DNA of 64,000 nucleotides from an uncultured Bacteroidota bacterium (GTDB taxonomy: Bacteria > Bacteroidota > Bacteroidia > Cytophagales > Cyclobacteriaceae), in NCBI GenBank assembly GCA_963837415.1, contig CAWING010000012.1, forward strand, positions 532,417 through 596,416, read 5' to 3'. Numbering within the stretch: the first letter of the stretch is position 1; every line of letters begins with the position of its first letter. Positions 51,443-62,286 of the stretch are shown piece by piece. The position numbers were made by a program, and so were the translations under genes. The notes below the pieces were generated by a model. That model was not told the origin of the DNA. It saw nothing but the letters and a program-made list of their open reading frames with translations, and did no database searches.

Positions 51443-53902
51443 TCAGGCTGATGCTTTGATTTCTGAAAATGTAAACTTCATTTGTTGTTTTACTTTGTCC
51501 TTCATCAATGCAACCTTTAACACCCCATCAACTGAATCTACATAATGAAAGGTCAATCCTTTGATATAATGCTTTTCAATTTCATCAATATCACGCTTGT
51601 TTTTAGCGCTCAGGATTATTTCTTTTATTCCGCTACGTTTCGCTGCCAGAATTTTTTCCTTGATACCACCTACGGGCAACACCTTTCCGCGCAGTGTAAT
51701 TTCTCCCGTCATAGCTACGTTGGCTTTTATTTTACGTTGCGTGTAAATCGAAGCCAGCGAAGTGAACATGGTTATGCCAGCCGAAGGACCATCCTTTGGA
51801 ACAGCTCCTGCAGGAACGTGAATATGTAAATCGTACTGCTGAAAAACCCGGTGGTCTATTCCAAGTGATTCAGCATCCGACTTCAGGTAAGATAACGCAG
51901 CCATAGCAGACTCCTTCATTACGTCTCCCAATTGGCCCGATATTGTAAGCGCGCCCTTTCCCCTGCTCAGGCTAGATTCTACAAATAGAATTTCACCCCC
52001 TACTTGAGTCCACGCAAGACCTGTAACAACTCCGGCTATATCATTTCCCTGATAAAGTTCCTCATCGAAAATTTCAGCACCCAAAACTTTACGAACTGTC
52101 TCCTCCGTAACCATCTTGTCAAATGGTTCTTCCAATGCTATTGATTTTGCAATGCTTCGAACAAGGGATCCAATTTTACGTTCAAGGTTTCTAACTCCAG
52201 ACTCACGTGTATAGCTATCGATCAACTTGGCAATAGCTGCTTTTGTAATTTTAATTTGTGAGGCTTTTAACCCGTGTTCTTTGAGTTGTTTAGGCACAAG
52301 ATGTTTTACAGCAATTTCAACTTTTTCCTCCAGCGTGTAGCCTGTCACTTCGATGATCTCCATTCTATCGCGTAACGCTGGATGTATTGTATCAAGGGAA
52401 TTGGCGGTAGCTATGAAAAGGACTTTCGATAAATCGTAATCCACCTCCAAATAGTTGTCGCCAAAGGAATTATTTTGTTCCGGATCGAGCACTTCTAACA
52501 TAGCCGATGAAGGATCGCCCCGAAAATCGGATTTAATTTTATCAATCTCATCCAGTATAAAAACAGGATTGGAAGACTGGGATTTTTTAATATTCTGTAA
52601 AATTTTTCCGGGCATGGCACCCACATAGGTTTTCCGGTGACCTCTAATTTCAGCCTCATCATGAACCCCGCCCAGTGACATGCGAACATACTTGCGTTGA
52701 AGCGCTTTTGCGATAGACTTTCCTAATGAGGTTTTACCGACACCTGGCGGGCCGTAAAGACAGAGGATCGGTCCTTTCATATCTTTTTTTAGCTTGAGCA
52801 CAGCCAGATATTCCAGTATCCTGGTTTTCACTTTTGTGAGGCCAAAATGATCATGATCCAATATTTTTTTAGCCCGCTTAAGATCAAAATCATCATTCGT
52901 ATATTCATTCCATGGCAAATCCAGCATGAATTCCACGTAGTTCATTGCCACTGGATATTCAGCAGCCATCGGATTAATTCTCAGTAGTTTGTCCAGCTCC
53001 TTGCTGAAATGCACAGCAACAGGTTTGGGCCATTTTTTACCTTCACTCCGTTTACGAAGTTTCTCCACCTCTTTATCTGGTCCATCAAAACCGAGTTCAT
53101 CCTGTAAAACTTTTATCTGCTGCCGCAGAAAATAATCGCGTTGCTGCTGGTCAATATCCGTATGGACCTTCCGTTGTATTTCGTGCTTAATTTCCAGCAT
53201 CTGAATATCTTTCAGCATATACTGCAAGAGCAGTGTACTGCGATCGATAATATTCTGTGTTTCCAGAATTTTTTGCTTATCAGATACTTCTACATTTAAA
53301 TTGGAAGAAAGAAAATTAACCAGGAACGACATGCTGGAAATATTATCCAATGCAACCTGAGCCTCTATCGGAATTTCAGGATTTAGTTTTAAAATTTTTG
53401 TCGCCGCATCTTTCAGTGATTGTACCAATGCTTTTGCTTCTTTGCTATTCGCATTTATCATTGGCTCGGCCTGAAGCTCCACCTGTGCGGTGAGATAAGG
53501 CTCTTCCTGCACAAATTCTTTTATAGAGAATCGATTTTTTCCCTGGATGATGATGGTGGTATTTCCATCCGGTAGCACCAGCATTTTTATGATACGGGCA
53601 ACGGTACCTGTTCTGTATAAATCCTCAAGCGTTGGTTCTTCAGCCATTGGATTCTTTTGGGCAACAACACCAATGATACGATTACCCTGGTAGGCTTTCT
53701 TTACCAATTTGATTGATTTTTGCCGTCCTACAGTTATGGGAATAACGACACCAGGAAACAGCACTGTATTTTTAATCGGGAGTATAGAAAGTTCACCCGG
53801 TAAATCCTCAGGCTTTAAATCGGAATCCTGCTCCGGATTAATCAGTTGAATTAGATCCTCCGAGTCTTCCTGGATGAGCTGTATTGGTTTTGTTTCAAAC
53901 AT
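51443..53902 (-). CDS. lon: Endopeptidase La
   Basis: [33 protein letters not shown]. Confidence 0.98.
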   Translation of the reverse strand: MFETKPIQLIQEDSEDLIQLINPEQDSDLKPEDLPGELSILPIKNTVLFPGVVIPITVGRQKSIKLVKKAYQGNRIIGVVAQKNPMAEEPTLEDLYRTGTVARIIKMLVLPDGNTTIIIQGKNRFSIKEFVQEEPYLTAQVELQAEPMINANSKEAKALVQSLKDAATKILKLNPEIPIEAQVALDNISSMSFLVNFLSSNLNVEVSDKQKILETQNIIDRSTLLLQYMLKDIQMLEIKHEIQRKVHTDIDQQQRDYFLRQQIKVLQDELGFDGPDKEVEKLRKRSEGKKWPKPVAVHFSKELDKLLRINPMAAEYPVAMNYVEFMLDLPWNEYTNDDFDLKRAKKILDHDHFGLTKVKTRILEYLAVLKLKKDMKGPILCLYGPPGVGKTSLGKSIAKALQRKYVRMSLGGVHDEAEIRGHRKTYVGAMPGKILQNIKKSQSSNPVFILDEIDKIKSDFRGDPSSAMLEVLDPEQNNSFGDNYLEVDYDLSKVLFIATANSLDTIHPALRDRMEIIEVTGYTLEEKVEIAVKHLVPKQLKEHGLKASQIKITKAAIAKLIDSYTRESGVRNLERKIGSLVRSIAKSIALEEPFDKMVTEETVRKVLGAEIFDEELYQGNDIAGVVTGLAWTQVGGEILFVESSLSRGKGALTISGQLGDVMKESAMAALSYLKSDAESLGIDHRVFQQYDLHIHVPAGAVPKDGPSAGITMFTSLASIYTQRKIKANVAMTGEITLRGKVLPVGGIKEKILAAKRSGIKEIILSAKNKRDIDEIEKHYIKGLTFHYVDSVDGVLKVALMKDKVKQQMKFTFSEIKASA

Positions 53903-53909
53903 ATTCTAC

Positions 53910-53983
53910 GTGTCAGATTGACACAACCTTCCTTAGAACGTTTTAGAAGTGCATCAGTCGTGCTAAAGACAATAGTAGTGCCA
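53910..53983 (-). promoter_or_regulatory. lon upstream elements: GTGTCA-N3-TGACAC palindrome and sigma54-like TGGCAC-N5-TTG
   Basis: Perfect 6-3-6 palindrome at 53910-53924; minus-strand TGGCACTACTATTGTC at 53968-53983. Confidence 0.4.
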
Positions 53984-54054
53984 AGAGAGTTGTAAAAGAA
54001 ACAAAATAGTATCAACTTTATCCACTTGGCATTATTTTTACCAAAAAAGGTTCG

Positions 54055-56022
54055 GTGAAAACCTATTTTTTAATCTTTATCGTGGCCTTTTGGCTCTTAG
54101 TTCACGCTCCCTCAATGGCTCAAAAGCCAACAAAAAAATTTAAAAAAGGTGGAGTAGTGCAGCTTAATGATAGCCTGACAAGTTTCAGTCAATCTGACAT
54201 TTTTGTTTTTCCCAACATAAATAAAATCAAGTATTATCGCGACGAAGCGAAGTTGGAAAGAATCAAAGTGTTAGGTCCTGCGGGTGATTTTGAACAAGAA
54301 TATATCGAGCTGAAATCGTATGTCAAAAATTTCGGCCCTCAAAATTTTTCCAGGGATATCCACCTTCTTTGGGATTTAGCCAGACTTTCTCAAAAGCTGG
54401 GCCCGCCAGGAGAAGCTGTACTGCTATATAAACTGGTGCTTAAACATTCGCCTCAATCTATTGACGGAAAGAAAGTCAGAAACGAGTTTGACAGCCTTAC
54501 AAAAAATGAGAAAGACTTATATGTACCCTTGGCGCAATATTATGAGCTCGTAGCTTACCGAAAGGAAATTGATACATTGAAACCTCCACAGGGCGTGTTG
54601 TTAAACATGGGAGAAGCTATTAATTCAGACAAAGCTGATTATGGTGCAACTATTGGAAATGTAGACAACGTATTATTGTTCACTTCCAAACGCAACCCTC
54701 ATACCGACCCGCTCAATAAAACCTATAACGAAGATTTGTTTTATTCATTAAGGGTAGACCGCTCCTGGGGATTTGCTGAGGAGTTTAAAAATATAAATTC
54801 ACGTTATAACGAAGGTTCGGCCTGCTTAAGCAATGATGGCAGACAACTTTATTTTGCACGATGCAATTCGCCCGATTCCTACGGAAGCTGCGATTTATTC
54901 GTTGCGGATCTTAGGACCGACAGTACCTGGGGAGACATACGCAATTTGGGCCCACGCATAAATACGCACGGCTGGGATTCGCATCCTTCTCTTTCCCACT
55001 CCGGAGATACACTATTCTTTGCTTCCGATCGGATAGGCGGTTTTGGATATTCCGACATTTACTATTCTGTCCGAGACGCTACCGGAGCTTGGCAAAAGGC
55101 GTTGAACTTGGGGCCGATCATCAACACACGGGGAGCTGAGGTAAGTCCATTTTTTCATCACAAATTTAATGTATTGTACTTCAGTTCAAATGGACAACCA
55201 TTGACGTTTGGAGATTTTGACATCTATAAAGTTTATCAGGGAGCCCAGACATGGAATGAACCGAAAAATATCGGACCTCTCGTTAACGGTGTGGGTAGTG
55301 AATATTATTTTACTATCGATTCACAATCTGATTACCTCTATTACGCCAGGTCTCCTGAAGAGGATATCAATAATCTTGATCTGCATTCCTTTCCCGTGCC
55401 AATGGAAGCGCAACCCGAGGCTATAGCGCACATACAAGGATCGCTACTAAATTCTGAAACTAAGAAACCCTTTAAGGGGATCGTATCCATTATTGACTTG
55501 GACAAAGGGGTGGAGGTAGCTCCCAAATTTCTCCGTGAAGATGGATCTTTTGATTTCGATCTTATAAACAAACGTAATTATTTGCTGATCATCCAAGGAG
55601 ATGATTTTTTCCGTATTGAGGAATTATTCTTTATGGATGGCGATATGGAAATGAACCGTGAGGCTGAACCCATTGAAAGTAAAATCGCTTTTGAGTCCTT
55701 GGAGTTCGAAAACGGCAAGGCGGATATACTTCCGGTCATGCGTAAAGATTTGGACAAACTCGCCAACTTTCTCATTGATCATCCTAAATTTAAACTCAAT
55801 ATTTCAGGTCATACCGACTCTCAAGGAAATGAAGACTCCAACCTCCGTCTATCCCAAGCACGTGCCGATGCCATTAAAGCATATTTAATTTATGAGTTTA
55901 AAATCGAGGCCGCTAGAATTGAAGCACATGGATATGGAAGTGCAAAACCGATTACCGAGGAAAAATCAGAAAGTGAACGGAAGCTAAACCGGAGAGTTGA
56001 GTTCGACATCTTCCGAGAATGA
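54055..56022 (+). CDS. OmpA family protein with PD40 (WD40-like) repeats, PorE-like
   Basis: Signal peptide; repeated NLG..IN...xD..P motifs; C-terminal GHTD...N..LSQARA...NRRVEF. Confidence 0.88.
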   Translation: MKTYFLIFIVAFWLLVHAPSMAQKPTKKFKKGGVVQLNDSLTSFSQSDIFVFPNINKIKYYRDEAKLERIKVLGPAGDFEQEYIELKSYVKNFGPQNFSRDIHLLWDLARLSQKLGPPGEAVLLYKLVLKHSPQSIDGKKVRNEFDSLTKNEKDLYVPLAQYYELVAYRKEIDTLKPPQGVLLNMGEAINSDKADYGATIGNVDNVLLFTSKRNPHTDPLNKTYNEDLFYSLRVDRSWGFAEEFKNINSRYNEGSACLSNDGRQLYFARCNSPDSYGSCDLFVADLRTDSTWGDIRNLGPRINTHGWDSHPSLSHSGDTLFFASDRIGGFGYSDIYYSVRDATGAWQKALNLGPIINTRGAEVSPFFHHKFNVLYFSSNGQPLTFGDFDIYKVYQGAQTWNEPKNIGPLVNGVGSEYYFTIDSQSDYLYYARSPEEDINNLDLHSFPVPMEAQPEAIAHIQGSLLNSETKKPFKGIVSIIDLDKGVEVAPKFLREDGSFDFDLINKRNYLLIIQGDDFFRIEELFFMDGDMEMNREAEPIESKIAFESLEFENGKADILPVMRKDLDKLANFLIDHPKFKLNISGHTDSQGNEDSNLRLSQARADAIKAYLIYEFKIEAARIEAHGYGSAKPITEEKSESERKLNRRVEFDIFRE

Positions 56023-56043
56023 TAATTTTGATTTACAGGATAA

Positions 56044-56072
56044 TTTCGCTGACGAAAAACACGCCAGCGAAA
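56044..56072. terminator. Hairpin between convergent genes
   Basis: TTTCGCTGACG-AAAAACA-CGCCAGCGAAA. Confidence 0.65.
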
Positions 56073-56085
56073 CCAACACTGGCAC

Positions 56086-56925
56086 CTAATTTCCTGATGA
56101 TGCTTTATTTTTCCTCACGAAAATATCACCGTTATAATTCTTCAGCGTTATTTCGGGTCCGCCACCATTAATATCACCACGCTTCCATTCGTCAATAACT
56201 ACTTTATAAACTCCTGCTTTTACATCTTTCTTCTGGACGGGGCCGGCCTCTTTAAAATTTACGTCAAAATCAGAATATATGTCTCCCTGTTCAGTTTTCA
56301 TTTTCAGCGACGCCTTTAGGGCTGAGGGGAATGTGACGTTTATATCGCCGTTGTACGTCGTAAATGACATCGGTGTACCTTCAGTCACTTTATTAAAAGT
56401 AACTTCGATCTCTCCGTTATAGGTTGTTGCTACCACCGAACCAGAAATATTGAGGGCCGTGATTTCTCCGTTGTGATTGGTGAGTTCAATTGAACCTTGA
56501 ATGTTTTCGGCCACCAAATTGCCATCGTTGTGAGTCTTTGCCTCAAGATCCATATTGGCAGGTAACTCAATCTCCAGGTTAAGTTTATTATTCCACGACC
56601 CTGAGTGCACCGTTATTGTGTTGCCATTTTCAACTACTTCCAGATCCATACCTCCTCCTCCGATCCTCTTAAGACCATCTTTGGTTTTACCTTTTTCATC
56701 GCCGTCATCCTGGGCCGCGGAATATCTCACGAGTATATCTTTCCGCGCAGTGCCTTTTACGGTTACTGACCCATAATTGATATGAGCCTTCAATTTCCCC
56801 CGTTTCCCAGGCTCACTCAATGGGACTGAAAACTCACTTTCGGTTTGACTAAAAGTTGTGAAAGAAGTAAGAAATAACACAAGGGTGATTAAGGGAGTAG
56901 CAATAATTAGAACGTACTTTTTCAT
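56086..56925 (-). CDS. DUF4097 beta-strand repeat (adhesin-like) exported protein
   Basis: Signal peptide; repeated T.NG.I units. Confidence 0.82.
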   Translation of the reverse strand: MKKYVLIIATPLITLVLFLTSFTTFSQTESEFSVPLSEPGKRGKLKAHINYGSVTVKGTARKDILVRYSAAQDDGDEKGKTKDGLKRIGGGGMDLEVVENGNTITVHSGSWNNKLNLEIELPANMDLEAKTHNDGNLVAENIQGSIELTNHNGEITALNISGSVVATTYNGEIEVTFNKVTEGTPMSFTTYNGDINVTFPSALKASLKMKTEQGDIYSDFDVNFKEAGPVQKKDVKAGVYKVVIDEWKRGDINGGGPEITLKNYNGDIFVRKNKASSGN

Positions 56926-56997
56926 GATTGTATAATGCTTTAAAAATTATTTTTTTTTGTTGTGATCTTTTCTATTCACGATTTCAATACCAGGCAG

Positions 56998-57894
56998 TCA
57001 ATTTATTTTTTCCTTCAGGTAAACATTTCCATTGAAGGTCTCAAAATCCAAGTAAGCACCACCCGATCCGATTTTAAATCGGTTGCCATTTATTTTATAT
57101 TTCATTCCTTGATCATGATTCTTTTTTTCTACCAGGGCGGGAAGAGGTTCAAGCCGATCGATGTTAGTATAAAAGCTGCCGTTGAAACTTTCAAAACTCA
57201 TGCTTGCAGCAAGCCCTTTCTGAAACAATGCGTTGATGTCGCCGTTCAGGGAATAAAATCGGCAATCACGCTGAGGGTTTTGTGCGTACTCCACGTCTAC
57301 ATCTCCGTTGATTGTACTTGCGTGAGCTTCTCGCATAAGATTCTGAAGCCGAATGCTCCCATTTATATTATTGGCAGAGACCACCCCTTTTACATTTTCA
57401 ACTACGATATCACCATCATTAATGGTACTGACAGATAAGTTTAATGAAGAAGGGATTTTGACTGTAAAGTCCATGCTATAGCCATAACTTTCATTACAGT
57501 TCTGACAATTGTTCATCCATGAATAACCCCAGTCTTTGTCCGTACTCGAATGCTTTCGAGGGCGTCTGGTGTTTTTTTCGAACGTCGTGCATAGACCATC
57601 TATATAAAGGATAATGGTGTCGGCAAGATCGATTACGCCAAGTTGAATTTCCGCTTTCCCTTTTTCAAGACGTTCTGGAGTTTTTGCATTTATATTTTTA
57701 GTGACCTCAACCAGAATTTTATCTCCCTCGTAAGCCTGTACTTTAATATCTCCATTTACGTTCGCGATCATCAAAGCGTTATCGACGCTTTTCTTTTCGA
57801 AGGTAAATTCCTTTACAATTTTTTCTGTATGCGTCTGGGCGTTAAGCAGCGTTGTAATACCCATGACAAACATTAATACTAATTTTTGTCTCAT
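56998..57894 (-). CDS. DUF4097 beta-strand repeat exported protein
   Basis: Start MRQKL at 57894; signal peptide; NVNGDI, TINGDV, SLNGDI, TFNGNV repeats. Confidence 0.8.
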   Translation of the reverse strand: MRQKLVLMFVMGITTLLNAQTHTEKIVKEFTFEKKSVDNALMIANVNGDIKVQAYEGDKILVEVTKNINAKTPERLEKGKAEIQLGVIDLADTIILYIDGLCTTFEKNTRRPRKHSSTDKDWGYSWMNNCQNCNESYGYSMDFTVKIPSSLNLSVSTINDGDIVVENVKGVVSANNINGSIRLQNLMREAHASTINGDVDVEYAQNPQRDCRFYSLNGDINALFQKGLAASMSFESFNGSFYTNIDRLEPLPALVEKKNHDQGMKYKINGNRFKIGSGGAYLDFETFNGNVYLKEKIN

Positions 57895-57925
57895 CGTTTT
57901 AATGATTTTAAATTCCAACTCGATG

Positions 57926-58705
57926 TTAGATTACCTGAATACTTTCCTGAATTTTCTTTTTGATATCGGATGGGGTTTCACCATCCTCCAGAATTTTCTT
58001 AAGTTCTTTAACCGCACCCTTCTCCTGCAATTCTGCCATAAGTTCTGCAAGGGCTACCTGTACTAGGGGCGACTTCTGCTCAGCGATGGATCGAACCAGC
58101 AACTCACGCACGCGACTGTCTTTACTATATGCCCTCAATGCATCCAGCGCCGCCAGACGAACACTCACGTTCTCGTCATTATTGAGGGTCTTTAGCAAGG
58201 CATCTGTTACCTTTTGACTAGCCTGATCCATTTCGTGAGTGAGATTAACTGCTTTCAACCGGTCGGTTGCCGATTCCTTCTCCAGTAACGACAACATCAT
58301 CATCTCTTTGAGGTCGCTAATTTCTCTTCCCAGATAGACGATCTGTTCGTCTTTTTTCGTTGGAGACCTTAAGACGTAACCTATTGCTAGACCCAGGAGC
58401 AACGTTATGGATGCAAAAGCCAAACGGGGGGCAAATTCAGGCCAGGAAAAAAAGCTTTTCCAGTTGAATATTTTGTCCTTATTCTTCTCCATCTTCAACA
58501 TCTGATGGAATTTGTCATCCAGGTCAAGCGAGGGAACTGGAGTCTCCAATTTAAAAAGTTGGTTTTCTAACTTTTCAAATCCTTCTAAGTCTTCCAGCTT
58601 AATTCCTCCGTGCTCGATCAGATTCTCGATTTCTTTCAAGTCATCTGGAGTTGCTCCACCTGAGTTATACTTATAAAGTAATCCTTGAATTTTTTCCGCC
58701 TCCAT
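57926..58705 (-). CDS. Membrane-bound anti-sigma factor with HEAT repeats
   Basis: Start MEAEK at 58705; TM; SATDRLKAV, DENVSVRLAALDAL, PLVQVAL. Confidence 0.8.
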   Translation of the reverse strand: MEAEKIQGLLYKYNSGGATPDDLKEIENLIEHGGIKLEDLEGFEKLENQLFKLETPVPSLDLDDKFHQMLKMEKNKDKIFNWKSFFSWPEFAPRLAFASITLLLGLAIGYVLRSPTKKDEQIVYLGREISDLKEMMMLSLLEKESATDRLKAVNLTHEMDQASQKVTDALLKTLNNDENVSVRLAALDALRAYSKDSRVRELLVRSIAEQKSPLVQVALAELMAELQEKGAVKELKKILEDGETPSDIKKKIQESIQVI

Positions 58706-58707
58706 AA

Positions 58708-59283
58708 TTACACGTGTTTTTCCAATTGCGTATATACAGCCTTTAATTCCTGCATTGCCCTGAAAACTTTTACTTTCACTGCACCCTCCGAACACCCCAT
58801 AATTTCACCGATCTCCTTATATTTTTTTTCCTGAAACTTACTAAGCAAGAGTATTTCTCTTTTATCCTCCGATAATTTGTCTAAGGCCATAGACAAAAGA
58901 TTTAGCTCGTCATCTCTTTGAAATTCAGTCGCTCTGTTATCTTCCGATCCTAGCCTGTCTTGCCAATTTTCTATTGAATCTTTTAGGCGAATCTTGTTTT
59001 TTCGGAAATTGTCGTGATTCACATTGCGCGCGATATGAAACATCCATGTTTTGAAGTCACCCTCCCCTCGAAAAAGATAACGGTATTTCAAGATCCGGTA
59101 AAAAACGTTTTGCACTAAATCTTCACTCAGATCCGAATCTTTATTCATCCCATAGAAGAAGCCAAACAACGGCTTCTTATAGCGTGCGAATAACAAGCCT
59201 AGTGTGTCCAGATGGCCATCTCTAACCTTGATCATCAAGGCATTATCAGTCAGTGCTTCCAAATGGGGCGATAAAGTTTTCAA
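58708..59283 (-). CDS. ECF RNA polymerase sigma factor
   Basis: SEDLVQNVF, FKTWMFHIARN, YKEIGEIMGCSEGAVKVKVFRA. Confidence 0.93.
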   Translation of the reverse strand: MKTLSPHLEALTDNALMIKVRDGHLDTLGLLFARYKKPLFGFFYGMNKDSDLSEDLVQNVFYRILKYRYLFRGEGDFKTWMFHIARNVNHDNFRKNKIRLKDSIENWQDRLGSEDNRATEFQRDDELNLLSMALDKLSEDKREILLLSKFQEKKYKEIGEIMGCSEGAVKVKVFRAMQELKAVYTQLEKHV

Positions 59284-59288
59284 AAGGG

Positions 59289-59316
59289 GAAACTTAGGCT
59301 TTTAAGAAAGGTTACA
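59289..59316 (-). promoter_or_regulatory. Candidate ECF autoregulatory promoter
   Basis: TGTAACC-N16-GTTTC ending 5 nt before the TTG start. Confidence 0.45.
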
Positions 59317-59533
59317 AGGTTAAAGGTAAGCTTTCTATAAATTTGTTGGAGGGGCCCGGGAGGTGGTCTCCTAGCAAAAATAGCGGGGTTGAAATCTACC
59401 TTGGATATGTATTGATCTATAAAAAATTCTTATCCTGATGGGAGTGTGGCAGATTTAGAAAAAGAAAGTAGTACACTTCCTCCATCCCATTCTAAAATGG
59501 CAATTTAGGTGATAGACACGAACCTATTATGTA

Positions 59534-60130
59534 TTACGGATTTCTGGAGTGAAGTTTATTCCGTTCATCCTGGAGCTCGCGTGATAGTTTCGTTTGTCTT
59601 TCCATTGCCCGTTGTTTGTACTCCTCAAACTCATGCGTTAAAGCACCCACGGCAAGGTTTCGCTCGCTCAAAGAATTGCTTTGCAATTTCATTCTTCCTA
59701 TCACCAGCCCTAACATTACCAGCAATCCTGCGATAATGACGGCAACTGTTGTGATAAAAGTCCCTTTGTTAAACTCGATGCCCAGAACATTGATGTGGGT
59801 ACTGGCGTGTTGAATCTCTTCCATGGACTTTTCTTTTGCCTTCAGCCCTTGGATGGACTGGTTCAGTTCTCCTTTTAGTTTGTTGATATTTTGTTGAGCC
59901 ACTTGAAATGCAGCCTCTTTTGCTGCGATCGTATCCTGTGCAATTTTCCAAACCCCGTCAAGTACAGACTCCTTAACAACTTTATAAGCACCGTAAGACT
60001 GAGATTTCCCCTTCATGTACAAAAACCGTTCTCGCAAGGAAGGGTTCTCTTGCAGGGTTTCCGGATCAGATTGAGAAAAGGAAACTTGAAAAGCCAACAA
60101 CCAAACCAACAGAACAAATAGCATTCTCAT
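59534..60130 (-). CDS. Hypothetical exported coiled-coil protein with a C-terminal TM
   Basis: Signal peptide, YKVVK motif, coiled coil, TM, KLSRELQDERNK. Confidence 0.75.
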   Translation of the reverse strand: MRMLFVLLVWLLAFQVSFSQSDPETLQENPSLRERFLYMKGKSQSYGAYKVVKESVLDGVWKIAQDTIAAKEAAFQVAQQNINKLKGELNQSIQGLKAKEKSMEEIQHASTHINVLGIEFNKGTFITTVAVIIAGLLVMLGLVIGRMKLQSNSLSERNLAVGALTHEFEEYKQRAMERQTKLSRELQDERNKLHSRNP

Positions 60131-60259
60131 ATCTCAATTATTTTTTGGTAAAACAAGCTTAAAACTACTGTTCAAGGTAAACACAGTTAAAGTTTAACTG
60201 TTTCAACACCCCTATTAAATCGACAAAAGTCCTCGTTAAGCGATTAAAGGTAGTAATTT

Positions 60260-62224
60260 TTATTTTCTCTTCTTGAAAACCAACTCTGTCTGCTGGACGG
60301 CTATAACCCTATTAAATAATTCCTTCACAAAATGATATTCATTTGACGTAAACACTGGTTTTGCAATTAGCAAAGAGTTATTCACTGTAAGCTTATTTGC
60401 CGCATTTTGAATTTCAAATATGTAACGTCCTCCGTTTTGAGGAAGAGTTAAACCGACCTTGGGAGGTATTCCGTCTATTTCGTACTCTGACGGATACTCA
60501 AGACTAAAGATCATTATTTTTTCCCGGGGCGCTCCGAAATCCACAGGATATAGACGCTCGGAAGATCTAAAGCTATTTGTTTTCAAGGGCTCAATAAAAA
60601 AGGGATTGAACAAAAAATTATTACTATTGAGCGAATCATAACCTTCAATTTCAACCTCCAGTTTTACAACGACTGGTTTTTTCAGGTCTTCGGAATTTTC
60701 GATTTGAAATTTTTTAATAGTTACACTATTCAGGCTATTGGCCACATGGTCTATATATTCCTGCTGACTGCGGAACTTGTTTATCTTCTTTCGTTCCAGT
60801 ACAGCATCGTAGCCTAAATAAGAATATTGAATGGATCCTCGTATTAGACCATCTTTACCCAAGACGAGAGTGATGACAGATAGCGTCTTTTCTTTATCGG
60901 AAGGTTTTATATCGTACCAATACGATTCCTTATCGCCGAGCACCCGTCCTTTTCCATTGAGGCAGCGAACAGGGATTAAACCAAAGGGATGGAAATCGTC
61001 AGTAGCGTCCAGCAAATAAACTTTGTCATTAATATTAAGCTTAGCAACTACATAATTAAATTCACTTAGCACAGGATAGAGTTCAGTGGCCAGGCCGTTA
61101 TCACGTGTGGATAACAGCATTGGCTCTACGTTGAGATTCGCAAACTTTAAAGCAGCAATAAGCGATAAATTAATATCCCCAACGTTTCCTGTTTTAGATT
61201 CAAAAGCTTTTTTAATCCCAAACTCGCTATACTTGCCATACACATCATTCCAGCGGTACCAACCTTTTATAAAATCGTAAATTTTTTGTGCCTTTAGCAA
61301 CTCATTGGTTTCGCCAATAATTATTTGCTCTACCTGATTATCTACGATGTCTTTTCCTCGTTTTATTTGTAATCCAAAATCAACACTTCTTCGCATTTCC
61401 TCGTCTGCATCTTTCCATTCTTTAGTAATCTTATTCGTTCGTCCATCAAAATATTTTATTTCAGATAATTCAAAATTTAACACCGATAGAAAATTTGATT
61501 TTGCTGTCATAAATTCTTCCTCTTGAAAGGCAGGAATATTTTTCATTCCGTATTTCAAACGTGTACAATCTGCCCGACCACCAGAAAAGCAGTCCTTAAC
61601 AATCGAACTTTCATTTTTTGATAAAGTTTGAAACCCTCGTAATGAAATGTTGTAGACATAATTGGCGGGGATCAGACACCAAAATTCACTGTTGATTTTT
61701 GGGATATCGCACTGAAATTCCCAGGACCGAAAATTATAGAAAAAAGGAGATTCCAGTTTGTAAAATACTTCAATGACACTACCAACCTGAACGTTGGGTA
61801 TTGCAAATTTCTTTGCGTTATAATTCTTATTAATATCTTCAGAAAAGATATTTTTTGAATCCAATTTCATTTCCCGTATGGAGCCGTTTTCTACGTTAAA
61901 CGAAGAGGCTTTTACGGTTAAAATTTTTTCAATGCGGCTATCGTTTTTTCTTAAGAAAATTTGAAAATTAGCCTGTGATAGGCCCCCTTTTTTTAAAATT
62001 TTAATCTTGGTATGATATTCAAAAATAAGGTTGTTATCATTGTCGTTGTCCACGTAGGCTTCTCCAAATTCATCTAATATAAGGGCCACTGCAGCCGTAT
62101 CTTTATCGTAATTCTTAATATCCAATTCACGATAAGTAGCTTGACCATACGGAAAACCATTACCCTGAGCATAACTTATAAAATGTAGACAAAGGAATGG
62201 GAACGCTATTAAAAGATGTCGCAT
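60260..62224 (-). CDS. DUF3857 / transglutaminase-like domain protein
   Basis: DTAAVALILD, KIKIL, PNVQVGSVIE, WEFQCDIP, GN..DINL.L, STRDNG, FNYVV, LLDAT. Confidence 0.85.
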   Translation of the reverse strand: MRHLLIAFPFLCLHFISYAQGNGFPYGQATYRELDIKNYDKDTAAVALILDEFGEAYVDNDNDNNLIFEYHTKIKILKKGGLSQANFQIFLRKNDSRIEKILTVKASSFNVENGSIREMKLDSKNIFSEDINKNYNAKKFAIPNVQVGSVIEVFYKLESPFFYNFRSWEFQCDIPKINSEFWCLIPANYVYNISLRGFQTLSKNESSIVKDCFSGGRADCTRLKYGMKNIPAFQEEEFMTAKSNFLSVLNFELSEIKYFDGRTNKITKEWKDADEEMRRSVDFGLQIKRGKDIVDNQVEQIIIGETNELLKAQKIYDFIKGWYRWNDVYGKYSEFGIKKAFESKTGNVGDINLSLIAALKFANLNVEPMLLSTRDNGLATELYPVLSEFNYVVAKLNINDKVYLLDATDDFHPFGLIPVRCLNGKGRVLGDKESYWYDIKPSDKEKTLSVITLVLGKDGLIRGSIQYSYLGYDAVLERKKINKFRSQQEYIDHVANSLNSVTIKKFQIENSEDLKKPVVVKLEVEIEGYDSLNSNNFLFNPFFIEPLKTNSFRSSERLYPVDFGAPREKIMIFSLEYPSEYEIDGIPPKVGLTLPQNGGRYIFEIQNAANKLTVNNSLLIAKPVFTSNEYHFVKELFNRVIAVQQTELVFKKRK

Positions 62225-62286
62225 AAACTGGTTTAGAGATTAGAGATCCCTATCTATTCCCTTTAAGGAACAAGCGTAACCTTGGG

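Noticed and set aside
59340-59530. Possible gene remnant or sRNA between the ECF sigma and the hypothetical gene
   Set aside because: Only short open stretches and weak pairing; nothing recognisable.
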